Assembly (NCBI GenBank): GCA_037443445.1
Contig: JBBIOJ010000007.1
Span: 5,383 to 69,382 of the forward strand
DNA from: Desulfarculaceae bacterium
GTDB lineage: Bacteria; Desulfobacterota; Desulfocorpusculales; Desulfocorpusculum
Length of the DNA: 64,000 nt
Direction of reading: 5' to 3'
Shown here one piece after another: positions 49,764-59,862 of the stretch. Position 1 is the first letter of the stretch, and every line of letters starts with the position of its first letter. The notes under the pieces were generated by a model. That model worked only from the letters and a program-made list of their open reading frames with translations, was not told the origin of the DNA and did not search any database. A program made the position numbers and the translations under genes.

Positions 49764-50927
49764 ATGTCTACGGTGCTTCTCAGGAACATAGGTACACTCG
49801 TGAGTGGAAAGCTCGAGGAGCCTCTCCTGGTGGCGGATGCCATTCTCATCCGGGACGGGAAGATCCAGAAGGTGGGTTTCCTCAGGGACATGGAGGAATC
49901 CCAGGCCCAAGTGGTCATAGACTGTGCCGGGACAACAGTAATCCCAGGCCTGGTGGACTCCCACTGCCACCCGGTACTGGGGGACTTCACTCCCAGGCAG
50001 AACCAAGTGGGCTATTTGGACAGTGGGGTGCACGGGGGTGTCACCACGGTGATATCGGCCGGGGAGGTGCATCTGCCTGGAAGGCCAAAAGACCCGGCAG
50101 GCACAAAGGCCTTGGCAATACTGGCTGCCAAGAGCTTTTCCGCATTTCGTCCGGGTGGAGCAAAGGTGCTGGGCGGGGCCCTCATCCTGGAGAAAGGTCT
50201 TACAGAGGCAGACTTTGAGGAGGCTGCCAGGGAAGGTGTCAAGGTGGTAGGTGAGATAGGGTTGGGCTCTGTCAAGTCACCCGAAGACGCCAGGCCCATG
50301 GTGAGGTGGGCCAAACAAAACGGAATGGTTGTCATGATGCACACTGGGGGGACTTCCATTCCCGGCAGTTCCACGGTGGGGGCGGAGCAGGTCATGGCCG
50401 TGGGGCCTGACGTGGTATCTCACATAAACGGCGGCACCACCGCCATGTCCATGGCCGAGGTACAGAGACTCATCAGAGAAACCCCCTATGCCCTGGAGAT
50501 AGTGCATTGCGGGAACATGAAGGTGGCGGTGGAGGCAGCCGGGCTCATAGCCGAGGCTGGAGCCAAGCAAAGGGTGGTGATCGGAAACGATGCCCCCTCG
50601 GGCACAGGGGTGGTGCCTCTTGGCATCCTAAGGGTTATCACTCTTTTGGCAGGGCTGTCCCCTATCAGGCCCGAAGAAGCCGTGTGCATGGCCACAGGCA
50701 ATACCACACGCCTTTACAAACTGCCCAGGGGGATAATAGAGCCCGGCATGGAGGCAGACTTGGTGATAATGGACGCCCCTTTGGGCTCTGTGGGCAGAGA
50801 TGCTCTCTCGGCCATGGCCGCGGGAGACATCCCCGGGATTTCCATGGTGCTGGTGGATGGGCAAGTCTTGGTGCAGAAAAGCAGAAACACCCCGCCCGCC
50901 ACCAGGCAGGCCTTTGTGGTGAAATAG
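49764..50927 (+). CDS. Amidohydrolase-superfamily enzyme, enamidase-like (6-oxo-1,4,5,6-tetrahydronicotinate amidohydrolase-like)
   Basis: Metal-binding HxH (VDSHCHPVLGDF). Size and context match enamidase of the nicotinate fermentation pathway (inference). Confidence 0.55.
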   Translation: MSTVLLRNIGTLVSGKLEEPLLVADAILIRDGKIQKVGFLRDMEESQAQVVIDCAGTTVIPGLVDSHCHPVLGDFTPRQNQVGYLDSGVHGGVTTVISAGEVHLPGRPKDPAGTKALAILAAKSFSAFRPGGAKVLGGALILEKGLTEADFEEAAREGVKVVGEIGLGSVKSPEDARPMVRWAKQNGMVVMMHTGGTSIPGSSTVGAEQVMAVGPDVVSHINGGTTAMSMAEVQRLIRETPYALEIVHCGNMKVAVEAAGLIAEAGAKQRVVIGNDAPSGTGVVPLGILRVITLLAGLSPIRPEEAVCMATGNTTRLYKLPRGIIEPGMEADLVIMDAPLGSVGRDALSAMAAGDIPGISMVLVDGQVLVQKSRNTPPATRQAFVVK

Positions 50928-51101
50928 GCCTAACCCTCAGCCCTCTTAGCAAGCACTGTGGAAGCGTGCCAGGGGTTTGGGGGCGAAGCCCCCAATCTGG
51001 CGGTTCCTGGAGAATTGTCCTAGCCAATTGCGGGCGGCTCTACGCCCGGTTCTGAATCCTGGACTCTCAAGGCCGCCGTGGGCCGCGGCCCAAGAGGTGA
51101 G

Positions 51102-52616
51102 ATGATGCTAGTTGATTCTAGGAAATGCACTGGTTGCGGGGAGTGCGTGCTGGCCTGCCCTCTGGGGGTCTTGAGGCTGAAGGCCAAGAAGGCCCATGTT
51201 GGAGAGGGCTGCAGCCTCTGCGGGGCCTGCAAGAGGGTCTGTGCCCAGGAAGCCATTGATTTTCCAAGAGATACGCCCCAGGGCTCTGTGCGCTGCGAGG
51301 CCTGCCCCGTAGGGTGCCAGATCAGGGAAGGTTTCCTGGGAGCCTGCCAGAGGTATCGCAACCAGCAGGGGCTTCTGGTAAGGGAGGTCCCTCTCCACAG
51401 CTTCAGGGATGTGGCCCAGGTGGTGGGGGAAGATGTGGCCCAGGAGCTGAGAAAGCCCCTGATCACGGCCATAGGAGCAGGCACCACCTATCCTGACTGC
51501 AGGCCGGCCCCCCATATTTTGCGCGGGAAGGTAAGAGGGGTGGAGGTGGTGACGGTTGTGACAGAGGCGCCTCTCAGCTACAGTTCGGTGCTGGTGAAGG
51601 TGGACACGGACTTGCCAGTGGGGGAAGAGGGGGCAAGGGTGAAGGTGGGCAAGAAGACCGTGGGTCACCTGACCACAGAGCAGTACGGCTCCAAGATGCT
51701 CTCCATAGGGGGGGTGAATCTCTTGACCGGCCCGGAGGGTATGGTGGTGGCCCGAACCCTTTGCGACATTGCCAACCGCAGGCCCGTGAGGCTGACCGTG
51801 GAAGGAGGAGCCAGGCTCGAGCTCCGAGTGGGCTTTCCCCCGGTCGTGGATGGTAAGGAGGCCTCCAGGATGCGGGTGGGCTGCGGAAGCGCCACCATGG
51901 GGCTTTTTGCACCTCTGTTCAAGGAGGCGGCCGACGAGGTGATAGTCCTGGACTCCCACCTGACAGGCCTCATGAGCGAACATGCTGCCGGGAGGTTTGT
52001 AGGGGTTAGGCCCACGGGGGTAAGGCTCCGTTTCAGGCAATCCACCCCCGGGAGATATTTCGGTGACCAAGGATCGGGTTGGGGGGGTACCTCCATCCTG
52101 GAGCCCAGGGAGGTGATCCAGGAGGTGGACATGAAGGTGGCTTGGCCTGGAATGAGAATACTTGTCACCGAGACCACCGGGGAAAGGGCAGTCATGTTCC
52201 AGGTGGGCCATGGAGGGGACCTCCAGGAAGTGGAGCTGACAGAGCAGGCCAAGCAGGCCGTAAGGGCCGTGGCTTCCAGCTGCGAGCCTGCCCGCGTGTC
52301 CGCCCTCTACATGGGAGGGGCGGGGGGTAGCGCCAGGGCCGGGGTGAGCAGGTACCCCATCAAGCTTACCCAGGCGGTGCATGCCAGAAAGGCCAATTTG
52401 ACTGTGGGAGGGGCCCCCAGTTTCATTCTGCCGGGCGGAGGAATAAACTTCATGGTGGATGTGGAGAGGGTGAAGATGGGCTCTTTCTATTGGACCCCCA
52501 CTCCAGCCACCATCTGCCCCATAGAGTACACCATGCGCCTTAGTGACTACCAAGAGATGGGCGGGCATGTGGAAGCCATGAAGCCTTTCCGGGTGGCCAG
52601 AGGGAAAGGGGTATGA
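51102..52616 (+). CDS. 6-hydroxynicotinate reductase-like protein (N-terminal 2x[4Fe-4S] ferredoxin domain plus a large uncharacterised domain)
   Basis: Motifs CTGCGECVLACP and CSLCGACKRVC at the N-terminus. Architecture and adjacency to the enamidase-like and Mo-hydroxylase genes (inference). Confidence 0.45.
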   Translation: MMLVDSRKCTGCGECVLACPLGVLRLKAKKAHVGEGCSLCGACKRVCAQEAIDFPRDTPQGSVRCEACPVGCQIREGFLGACQRYRNQQGLLVREVPLHSFRDVAQVVGEDVAQELRKPLITAIGAGTTYPDCRPAPHILRGKVRGVEVVTVVTEAPLSYSSVLVKVDTDLPVGEEGARVKVGKKTVGHLTTEQYGSKMLSIGGVNLLTGPEGMVVARTLCDIANRRPVRLTVEGGARLELRVGFPPVVDGKEASRMRVGCGSATMGLFAPLFKEAADEVIVLDSHLTGLMSEHAAGRFVGVRPTGVRLRFRQSTPGRYFGDQGSGWGGTSILEPREVIQEVDMKVAWPGMRILVTETTGERAVMFQVGHGGDLQEVELTEQAKQAVRAVASSCEPARVSALYMGGAGGSARAGVSRYPIKLTQAVHARKANLTVGGAPSFILPGGGINFMVDVERVKMGSFYWTPTPATICPIEYTMRLSDYQEMGGHVEAMKPFRVARGKGV

Positions 52617-52702
52617 GCCGGGGGGGAAAGAGCCCTGGTGGTTTCAAGCCTGGAACTCCCCAAAGCGCGCAAGAGAAAGGCCGCTGGGTTTCCTGAAGAA
52701 GC

Positions 52703-53554
52703 ATGGGCTACGAGCAAGAGATAAGCTTGCTTAGGGATGGCTCGGTTCTGGTGGAGTGTGGGCCCATGCGCCTCAGAATCTGGGCCTGGATGGGAAGGCT
52801 TTCGCAGCCCAAGGAGGCCATGAGGGCGGCCCAGGAGTCCATCGGTTTGCTTGAGCAGGCAGCAGCCCAACGGCCTTGGCTCACGGCTTCCTGGGAATCA
52901 GTCTGCCAGGAAAGACTGGGATCCCTGGGGCACAGGATGTGGCAGAGTGTGGCCATGGTGGGGGATCCTGACCTCACACCCATGGCTGCCGTGGCCGGGA
53001 GCATAGCAGACGGGGTTGCGGATTTTCTGGAGGCCAGGGGTCTTACCAGGGTGATCGTGGAAAACGGCGGAGACATAGCCTTGAGGCTGGCCCCTGGGGA
53101 AAAGGTGCAAGTGGGACTGCGCCCCAGGGTGGACCGCAAGAGGGTGAGCCACTCTCTGGGACTTGATGGCTCAAGAGCCTCCTGGGGGGTGGCCACAAGC
53201 GGTCTTGGAGGCAGGAGCTTCACGCGCGGAATAGCCTGGTCTGCCACGGTTGTGGCCCCCAGGGCATCCATCGCAGATGCGGCTGCAACGGCCGTGGCCA
53301 ATGCCACCTGGTTTCCCTGCGAGCAGGCAAGGAGAGTCAGGGCCGGGCAACTGGACCCTGATTCGGACATAGCCAAACTGGAGGTGACCGTGGGGGTAGG
53401 AAGGCTTCCCTTGGATGTGGCTTCCAGGGGTTTGGAAAAGGGGCTGGCAAGAGCCGCGGATCTGAGAGCTCGCGGGGTCATAGAGGGGGCTTTTTTGTGC
53501 GTGGGTTCCATGTGCGGCTCGGTGGGGCTTGGGGATCTTCTTGAGGCAGTCTGA
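52703..53554 (+). CDS. UPF0280/ApbE-like family protein
   Basis: 283 aa with Gly/Ala-rich conserved blocks. Family assignment is tentative. Confidence 0.35.
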   Translation: MGYEQEISLLRDGSVLVECGPMRLRIWAWMGRLSQPKEAMRAAQESIGLLEQAAAQRPWLTASWESVCQERLGSLGHRMWQSVAMVGDPDLTPMAAVAGSIADGVADFLEARGLTRVIVENGGDIALRLAPGEKVQVGLRPRVDRKRVSHSLGLDGSRASWGVATSGLGGRSFTRGIAWSATVVAPRASIADAAATAVANATWFPCEQARRVRAGQLDPDSDIAKLEVTVGVGRLPLDVASRGLEKGLARAADLRARGVIEGAFLCVGSMCGSVGLGDLLEAV

Positions 53555-53571
53555 AAGGAGGAGGTGCTCAG

Positions 53572-54150
53572 ATGGAAATAAGGAAAATAGTCACCCTGGT
53601 GGAGGAGGTTTGGGAAGAGGGAGGCATGGTTGTGAAACCCCCTGTGAAAAGGGCCGCTGCCATAGCCGTGATCAAGAACCCTTTTGCAGGAAAGTTCGTC
53701 CAGGAGCTTTCGGAGCTCATTGATGCAGGGGAGAAGCTGGGGGATCTCCTGGGGAAAAAGGCCGTAGAGGTGCTGGGAGTCCCGCCTGAGAAGGTGGAGA
53801 GTTATGGCAAGGCGGCCATAGTTGGGAGCAAGGGTGAGCTGGAGCACGCCGCTGCGATTCTTCATCCCAAGCTGGGCACTCCTTTTAGGGCAGCCGTGGG
53901 AGGGGGCAAGGCCATCATCCCCTCTGCCAAGAAGTTCGGGGTGCCGGGAACGGAAATAGACGTGCCCGTGCACTTCAAGGATGCGGCATTTGTGCGCTCT
54001 CACTTCGATGCCATGCCCGTGAGGGTGTACGACGCTCCCAGGGAGGACGAGATAGTTGTAGCCCTGGTGGTCACAGACTCGGGCCGTCCCCTTCCCAGGA
54101 TAGGCGGGCTCAAGAAAGAGGAGGCCAAGAAGGAAGACGGGCTTAGGTAA
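53572..54150 (+). CDS. Amino-acid-synthesis (PF06684-like) family protein
   Basis: 192 aa; tentative family match (KAAIVGSKGELEHAAAILHP). Confidence 0.35.
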   Translation: MEIRKIVTLVEEVWEEGGMVVKPPVKRAAAIAVIKNPFAGKFVQELSELIDAGEKLGDLLGKKAVEVLGVPPEKVESYGKAAIVGSKGELEHAAAILHPKLGTPFRAAVGGGKAIIPSAKKFGVPGTEIDVPVHFKDAAFVRSHFDAMPVRVYDAPREDEIVVALVVTDSGRPLPRIGGLKKEEAKKEDGLR

Positions 54151-54173
54151 TTCACACCCCGGGGGTGGTCGGA

Positions 54174-54650
54174 ATGGATAAGTCGGGGCTTCTCAAAAGG
54201 CTGGAGAAGGCCTGGGAGGAACTCAAGGACTCCTACGCAGACTTGGGGGAGCAGGAGCTCTTGGAGTCCGGCGTGACAGGCGATTGGTCGGTTAAAGATA
54301 TTGTCGCGCATGTGAGCTCCTGGGAGGAGGAGGCCCTGACTTACCTACCCGTGATCCTGGAGGGGGGAAAACCGCCTAAGTACTCAGTCCTGTACGGAGC
54401 CATAGACACCTTCAATGCCCGTATGACCCAAGAAAACCGAAAACTCTCACTCTCAGAGGTAATCCAGAGACGGGATTTCATCCATGCCAAGCTCTTGGAA
54501 TTCATAGGAGAGGTCCAGCAAGAATATTTTCTCAAGGAAAACCGTTTTAGGCGTAGGCTTAGGTTGGACACCTACGGCCACTATAGAGAGCACGCCCAAG
54601 CCATAAAAAACTGGAAGGAAAGGAAGGCCCAGGTCTCCTGCAACAGATAG
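54174..54650 (+). CDS. ClbS/DfsB-family (DUF1706) four-helix-bundle protein
   Basis: Motif WSVKDIVAHVSSWEEE, typical of the family. Confidence 0.45.
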   Translation: MDKSGLLKRLEKAWEELKDSYADLGEQELLESGVTGDWSVKDIVAHVSSWEEEALTYLPVILEGGKPPKYSVLYGAIDTFNARMTQENRKLSLSEVIQRRDFIHAKLLEFIGEVQQEYFLKENRFRRRLRLDTYGHYREHAQAIKNWKERKAQVSCNR

Positions 54651-55605
54651 CCGTGGAAAACCTTGTGCCTGGGAGCACTGTCTGCCGGGTTTTCGGGGGC
54701 AGGCTGGAGTTGCTTCTCTGTTTCAGGTTCAAGGCGGTTTGAGTGAGAATAGGTAGCGGTCCCCATAGGGCTTACGGCTAAGCTCCAAGAGTTTCTGATT
54801 CAGTCAAACTTGCCGGTTTGAAAACAAGGCTTGGGCTGTAGGCAGAGGGGATCATTCGGTATTGAGTCTTTTGCTCTCGAAGGCCTCGCAAAAAATAAAT
54901 CAGAATTTGTTAAAGCGTGTAAAGATGAGGGCTAGGGCCAGTAACTCGGGCCCTGCCAACGTGAACTCCTCTGCCAAACCCGGCAGCACGGAGCCTGTGA
55001 GTTCCAGGAACTCCTCGTATGCTATGGAGACGAGCGCCCAAGAGACCTCGCACACCTCCCGGCCGAACTTGCAGCCCAACATCTTGTGGAGCCCATCGAA
55101 CCCCGGCTCCCACACGAAAAGCCTTCTGTGACCGGGCAGGGCTCGCGGTGCGACAACGGCAACTCGAAGATGTCGGCCAGCGAAGGGGTCTGATCGGTGC
55201 ATATCACCAGGGTAGGCTCCCCGCTTCGGGCACAGTGCAGTATCGTATTCCCCGTGTGCTCCGTTGAAACAAGGAAACATGTTCTTGCAGGCGATCGCCT
55301 AGGTGGGTTGGGGCACCTCTTTTCGCTTCACCTCTTCTGCGCTTAAGCCTTCAGAGGGTTCGGCCTCCGGAGGGGCCTTGCCTCACCCCCCCGCTCAGTC
55401 AAGGCTGGGCTTCGGCCGGACGCGCTTGAGCCGGACCCCAGGTCTAGGTCCCGGGAGACTGCCTCCAAGCTGCGCTTACTTGAGCTCAGTCGGTAACTGA
55501 TTTATCACTTAGCGGCATCGGGGCGCGCCCCTGAAGCCCCCAATCTGTTTCCCTTATCGCTTAGGGAAAACTATCCAAGTCAAAGGCAAGGGGGCAAGCT
55601 CTTTT

Positions 55606-55652
55606 GTGCCTGGGGCGGGAATCGAACCCGCACGGGGACAAGCCCCAAGGGA
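55606..55652 (-). repeat. 47-bp direct repeat identical to the 3' half of tRNA-Leu(TAA) (anticodon-stem 3' strand through discriminator); island distal att site
   Basis: Exact match to 63255..63302. Contains the GGTTCGATTCC T-loop in minus orientation but has no 5' half, so it is a tRNA fragment and not a gene. Confidence 0.7.
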
Positions 55653-56007
55653 TATTGAGCCAGGATCTCGAATCGGGCGATTCCCCAGAGTAGTTCCAAA
55701 CCACACAGACAAGAACCTGGATCTCGGCTCCGGGGGCCTGTTGCCCGTCCTTGAGCTTGGGGATCCAGTTGTATGCCAATGACTTGCTCGGGCAAGTAAG
55801 ACAGATGGCGTGCACAGTGGCATGACGAGGGTTATACCGTCGACCGGGTCCGCACAACGGGCTGCGACTTCGCAGTTAATCCTAGATGAATGCATTGTCA
55901 CATCAGGCCAAGACAGGCGATCTCTCTTGGAGGGGGGTGCGCCCATCTCAAATCCTGCTTCCCTGTGCTGGGTCCCGAAGGCACTGCCACGACCTGGACC
56001 CGGGCTT

Positions 56008-56955
56008 TCATCCAGCCACGCCGGAAAGGTCGAATAACCGGACCGCAAGGGACTCTATGAACCCTCCATGGGAGATCTTCTGAGACCATTGCCGGGGGAT
56101 TCTCTCCCAGCCGTAGTAGGCCCCGGCAATCTGTCCGTATACGGCCCCGGTTGTGTCTGCGTCCTCCCCCAGGTTGACGGCCAGGAGGCAGCCCTCCTCA
56201 AAGGTCGAGCCCCGGTGGAAGGCCCAGAGGGCCGCCTCCAGGGACTGGACCACGTAGCCGGTCCCCCGGATGGCAGGGGGTTCCTTGCGTTTGAACGATC
56301 CCGATGCTACGTCACGGATCTCTGACACCAAAGGTCTCCTCTCCCAGTAGTCAGGGACGGGGGTAAAGCGATCGGAGAGCAGTTCGTCCTTGGAGGCCCC
56401 CCGGACTGCACCCACGATCAGGGCCCCGAGATATCGGCAGGCATCCACGGCCGAGGGTGCGCCGTGGGTCGTCCTGGAGCTCTCGCCGGATCTCTCCATG
56501 GCCTCCTCCGGGTTCTTGGCAAAAAAGAGGGGGACAGGGGCCAGCCGCATGATGGACCCATTGCCTGCGCTTCGGGGGTCCGTGGACCCACTGAAGGGTT
56601 CTCCAGTCTTCTCGAAACGAACGAGCGCGTCCCTGACCGTGTTCCCGATGTCGAAGCAGCGGCCCGTGCTGCTCAGATGCCCTTCCCGATACCACCTCAG
56701 GTATCGCCGCATCTGGTCCTCTGGGTCGAACCCCTTGCACTCGATGAGGCTCTGGGCCAGGCACAGGGCCATGGAGGTGTCGTCCGTCCATTCCCCTGGT
56801 TTGAGGTGGAAGGGCCCACCACCCACCATGTCCGAGATGGGCTCGAAGGTCCCGGGACGCCGGAACTCCAGGGTCGTTTCCAGGGCATCCCCCACGGCCA
56901 GCCCCACAAGGCACCCACGATAGCGATCCAGGAGTTCTTCACGGGTCACGCACAC
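56008..56955 (-). CDS. ADP-ribosylglycohydrolase (ARH/DraG family)
   Basis: N-terminal [13 protein letters not shown] and C-terminal [20 protein letters not shown], the Mg-binding hallmarks of ARH. Confidence 0.85.
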   Translation of the reverse strand: MCVTREELLDRYRGCLVGLAVGDALETTLEFRRPGTFEPISDMVGGGPFHLKPGEWTDDTSMALCLAQSLIECKGFDPEDQMRRYLRWYREGHLSSTGRCFDIGNTVRDALVRFEKTGEPFSGSTDPRSAGNGSIMRLAPVPLFFAKNPEEAMERSGESSRTTHGAPSAVDACRYLGALIVGAVRGASKDELLSDRFTPVPDYWERRPLVSEIRDVASGSFKRKEPPAIRGTGYVVQSLEAALWAFHRGSTFEEGCLLAVNLGEDADTTGAVYGQIAGAYYGWERIPRQWSQKISHGGFIESLAVRLFDLSGVAG

Positions 56956-57517
56956 CTCCCTTCGCAGTCCGGTCCATCTTGTCCCAGCCTCTCACCATGT
57001 CCCGCTGGGCCCCTGTCTCCGGCGAGGCCCCATGCGCGTCCGGGGTGTCCTTGCGGAACTCTTTGATCCTCCTCAGGGCCTCTTCCCCAGTCATGCCTTG
57101 GCGCACCAGGTAGCAGCCCACCACGGTCCCGGTCCGGCCCCGTCCGCCCCAGCAATGGACGTAGACCGGACGTCCTGCCTGGATGGCCCCGTCGATCTCG
57201 TCCAGGATGGCGTTCATCCTCTCGGCGGTGGTTATATGCATGTCCCGGATCGACAGGCGGCTCGTGCTGACTTCCATACCCCGCTCTACACCCAACTGTT
57301 TGAACACCTGCTCGTAGGGAACGAACGACCGCCCCGTGTGGTCCACCTCGCCCTCCTCCATGAGGTTCACCACGTGCCGGATCCCGCACTCCAGCAGGCC
57401 CTGGATCTTCCGCCTGGCCTCGGCCGGGTCCTTGTGGCCCGGGTACGCGCCTGCCAGGAATCTCCCGGGGATGACCCAGTAGGATCTTGGAAAAGGTGTC
57501 TCCACGTGAACCTTCAA
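56939..57517 (-). CDS. Dual-specificity / protein-tyrosine phosphatase-like protein (HCxxGxxR P-loop)
   Basis: P-loop [12 protein letters not shown]. Overlaps the ARH start by 17 nt, suggesting translational coupling. Confidence 0.7.
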   Translation of the reverse strand: MKVHVETPFPRSYWVIPGRFLAGAYPGHKDPAEARRKIQGLLECGIRHVVNLMEEGEVDHTGRSFVPYEQVFKQLGVERGMEVSTSRLSIRDMHITTAERMNAILDEIDGAIQAGRPVYVHCWGGRGRTGTVVGCYLVRQGMTGEEALRRIKEFRKDTPDAHGASPETGAQRDMVRGWDKMDRTAKGGVRDP

Positions 57518-57872
57518 CTCACCTTCACAAGCTCCATCCGATCGTTACCGGCCTTGTTGTGCCACCAACTGAAGCGCATCCCGAAAGCCTCTGCAATGGG
57601 GATGAACTTGTCCCAGAATTGGCCCGCCTATTCGGGTCCTAAGCCGTAGGTTTCCATCAAATTTAGAAGTCATTCACTTCCAACCCGTGGTCCTTCACAT
57701 ACTGAAACATGATGGCGATATGGATGGAGAAATCCAGCTGCTCATGCTACCACAGCTCATCCCGAGTCCAGCCGGTATGGTGTTCGGGTGTCATGCGGTC
57801 CTCCCGGGGTCAGGGTGTAATCGGAAATGTTGAGGTCTGGACTTCCCTCAACGCATAGGTCGCGAGTGCCTC

Positions 57873-58220
57873 TTATGAGAAGAACCTTACCCTCGCCAAG
57901 GGAGGCACCCTGTGATCATGATTGCATCCCGCAGTGCGTCTATTCATCCGCCTGTAGACTTCTCGAGTCGCTTCGTGCCACGATACCCCTGAGTCGACCA
58001 ACCTCAGGACCTCGGCTGCTACGGGACCCGTATCAAAGGGCCCTTCACGACACCAATCCAGGTATCGCCGACCAAGGTCTTCGATATCGAATTCTTTGTT
58101 TTCCACAAAACTCTGGGGCAACCGGAGGGCCATTCGTGTGGGTCTACCGTTGCGGTCTCCAGCTGCGAAGCCCAGCATTACTCCTCTGACGCGATCAGTT
58201 CTTTCCCGGCTCAGCGACAT
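57873..58220 (-). pseudogene. Truncated ADP-ribosylglycohydrolase (N-terminal about 115 aa only)
   Basis: Motif GVMLGFAAGDRNG (the ARH N-terminal motif). The reading frame then ends, and downstream frames contain only stop-interrupted protein-like fragments (57530..57870). Confidence 0.45.
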
Positions 58221-58248
58221 CTAAGCCTCCGAGTCACCTTGTGAGAAA

Positions 58249-58711
58249 TTATCTCCTCTTCCTGTGCGCGAACATGTAGCCCATGATTGCGTTGCCGATG
58301 ATCTTAGGGATCGAGGAATTGAATCCCTCCAGCGGAACATCGATCAAAGTTCCCAGGCACCTCTCGCAAATGGCTCTATATCGCCTCATTATCGTTAGGA
58401 ACTTGTCGTCGTCGGAACCGTGCAGTAGGGACCTGAAGAGCCCGCACGTGTAGGAACGCTCAATCGGCGGGACAAGATCGGTAAGGACGTGCTGGAGAAT
58501 CTTCCATTGGCCAACAAGCTTGGATGGCCCCCCCATAAAGCGTATTCCCGACTTTTCTCAGGGTGCCTACGATCCCTTCAAGATTGGTTTCGGTGAGGTC
58601 CGCCAGTTTCCTCTCAGCAAGCCCCTCCAACACATTTCGCTGGCCAGTGATCGAATCCGCAAGAACATAATAGCCTCCCATCTTGGGTCTTTTTGAGCCC
58701 ATGGTGTGCAT
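58249..58711 (-). pseudogene. Hypothetical gene with a frameshift inside a G6-7 homopolymer run (about 58545); two overlapping ORFs join into an approximately 175-aa protein
   Basis: ORFs 58460..58711 and 58249..58536 overlap and shift frame exactly at TATGGGGGGCC. This is either a sequencing error, phase variation or decay. Confidence 0.35.
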
Positions 58712-58764
58712 GCCCCAAGAGACCAGGACTCCGTAAATAGCTTCCAGGAACTATTCTTCCTTTA

Positions 58765-59862
58765 TTAAGACTTGCATTGTCTACAGGACATATGGTATCA
58801 TGTTTATATGAGCTCGATGGACGGCAGGAAGCTGGACCACAAGACCAGGGAAGCCATCCGGATCCGTGCGGTCAGGAGGGTCCTGGCCGGGGAGAGCCCG
58901 GAGGTGGTGGTAAAGGCTCTGGGGTTCAGCAGGCAGAGGATCTACGAGTGGCTTGCAAGGTATAGGGAAGGTGGGGAGGAGGCTCTTAGATTTAAGGGGA
59001 TACCCGGCAGGAAGCGAAAGCTCAGTGATGCTCAGATGAGGAAGCTCTACGGGATTGTGACGGGCAAGAACCCTCTTCAGCTCAAGTTTCGCTTTGCTCT
59101 TTGGACCCGTGGGATGGTAAGGCAGCTGATATTGGAGCGATTTGGGGTAAGTCTTAGCGAGTCTCAGGTTGGCAGATTGTTGAAGGGGATGGGTTTGACA
59201 GCTCAGAGGCCTCTCAGCAGGGCTATGGAGAGGGATCCTCAGAGTGTTGAGAAGTGGCTCAGGGAGGAGTATCCCAGGATCCGTGCCCTGGCCAGGGAGA
59301 AGAAGGCCACGATTTACTTCGGGGACGAGGCTGGGGTTCGCTCTGATTACCACAGTGGCACCACCTGGGCTCCCAGGGGGAAGACCCCTGTTGTTGAAAG
59401 CACTGGGGCTCGCTTCAGGTTGAATTTGGTCTCTGCAATAAGCTCCAAGGGGCAGCTACGCTTCATGACCACCCCCGGGAGGATGAGCGCAGGGAAGTTT
59501 GTGGAGTTTCTAAGAAGGCTCATGCACAACCAGAGAAGGCCCGTGTTTCTGATTCTGGATGGGCATTCCATTCACAAGGCCAAGGTGGTGAGGGACTACG
59601 TGGAGTCTACCAAGGGGAAGCTTCGGCTTTTTCATCTTCCTCCCTACTCCCCGGATCTGAACCCTGGGGAGCTGGTGTGGAACCATCTGAAGAACCACAA
59701 CCTAGGTCGGGAGGTCGTCAAGGGTCAGGAGCACATGAGACAGAGGGTGCTCTCCATAATGAGGAGCCTTCAGCGCATGCCGGCAAAGATCATCTCCTTC
59801 TTCAAGGCCCCCAGGCTGCGCTACGCCCTCGCCTAATGTCCTGAAGACAATGACCTCCTTAA
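58765..59862 (+). mobile_element. IS630-family insertion sequence (about 1.1 kb) with imperfect terminal inverted repeats and a TA target-site duplication
   Basis: Left end TTAAGACTTGCATTGTCTACAGGACAT pairs with right end ATGTCCTGAAGACAATGACCTCCTTAA (about 24 of 32 nt match). TA dinucleotides flank at 58763-64 and 59863-64. Confidence 0.7.
58772..59836 (+). CDS. IS630-family DDE transposase
   Basis: N-terminal HTH domains, a DDE domain (RLNLVSAISSKG ... LILDGHSIHKAK ... PPYSPDLNPGE) and the characteristic size. Confidence 0.85.
   Translation: MHCLQDIWYHVYMSSMDGRKLDHKTREAIRIRAVRRVLAGESPEVVVKALGFSRQRIYEWLARYREGGEEALRFKGIPGRKRKLSDAQMRKLYGIVTGKNPLQLKFRFALWTRGMVRQLILERFGVSLSESQVGRLLKGMGLTAQRPLSRAMERDPQSVEKWLREEYPRIRALAREKKATIYFGDEAGVRSDYHSGTTWAPRGKTPVVESTGARFRLNLVSAISSKGQLRFMTTPGRMSAGKFVEFLRRLMHNQRRPVFLILDGHSIHKAKVVRDYVESTKGKLRLFHLPPYSPDLNPGELVWNHLKNHNLGREVVKGQEHMRQRVLSIMRSLQRMPAKIISFFKAPRLRYALA

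Noticed and set aside
15943-54003. Several very long antisense ORFs (e.g. 15943..17727, 19393..20850, 32045..33265, 47141..48829, 51108..52568, 52708..54003)
   Set aside because: Their Arg/Pro/Gly-rich, low-complexity translations sit opposite well-supported genes. These are shadow ORFs typical of high-GC DNA.
50977-55548. A 15-nt exact repeat GAAGCCCCCAATCTG in two intergenic regions (about 50977 and about 55534), each next to a short GC hairpin
   Set aside because: A 15-mer match is expected by chance roughly once or a few times in 64 kb on both strands. There is no extended similarity around it.
55300-55606. GC-rich structured-looking intergenic stretch before the island att repeat, as a possible ncRNA (tmRNA/RNase P/SRP)
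   Set aside because: None of the conserved motifs of those RNAs could be found by eye. Left unassigned.
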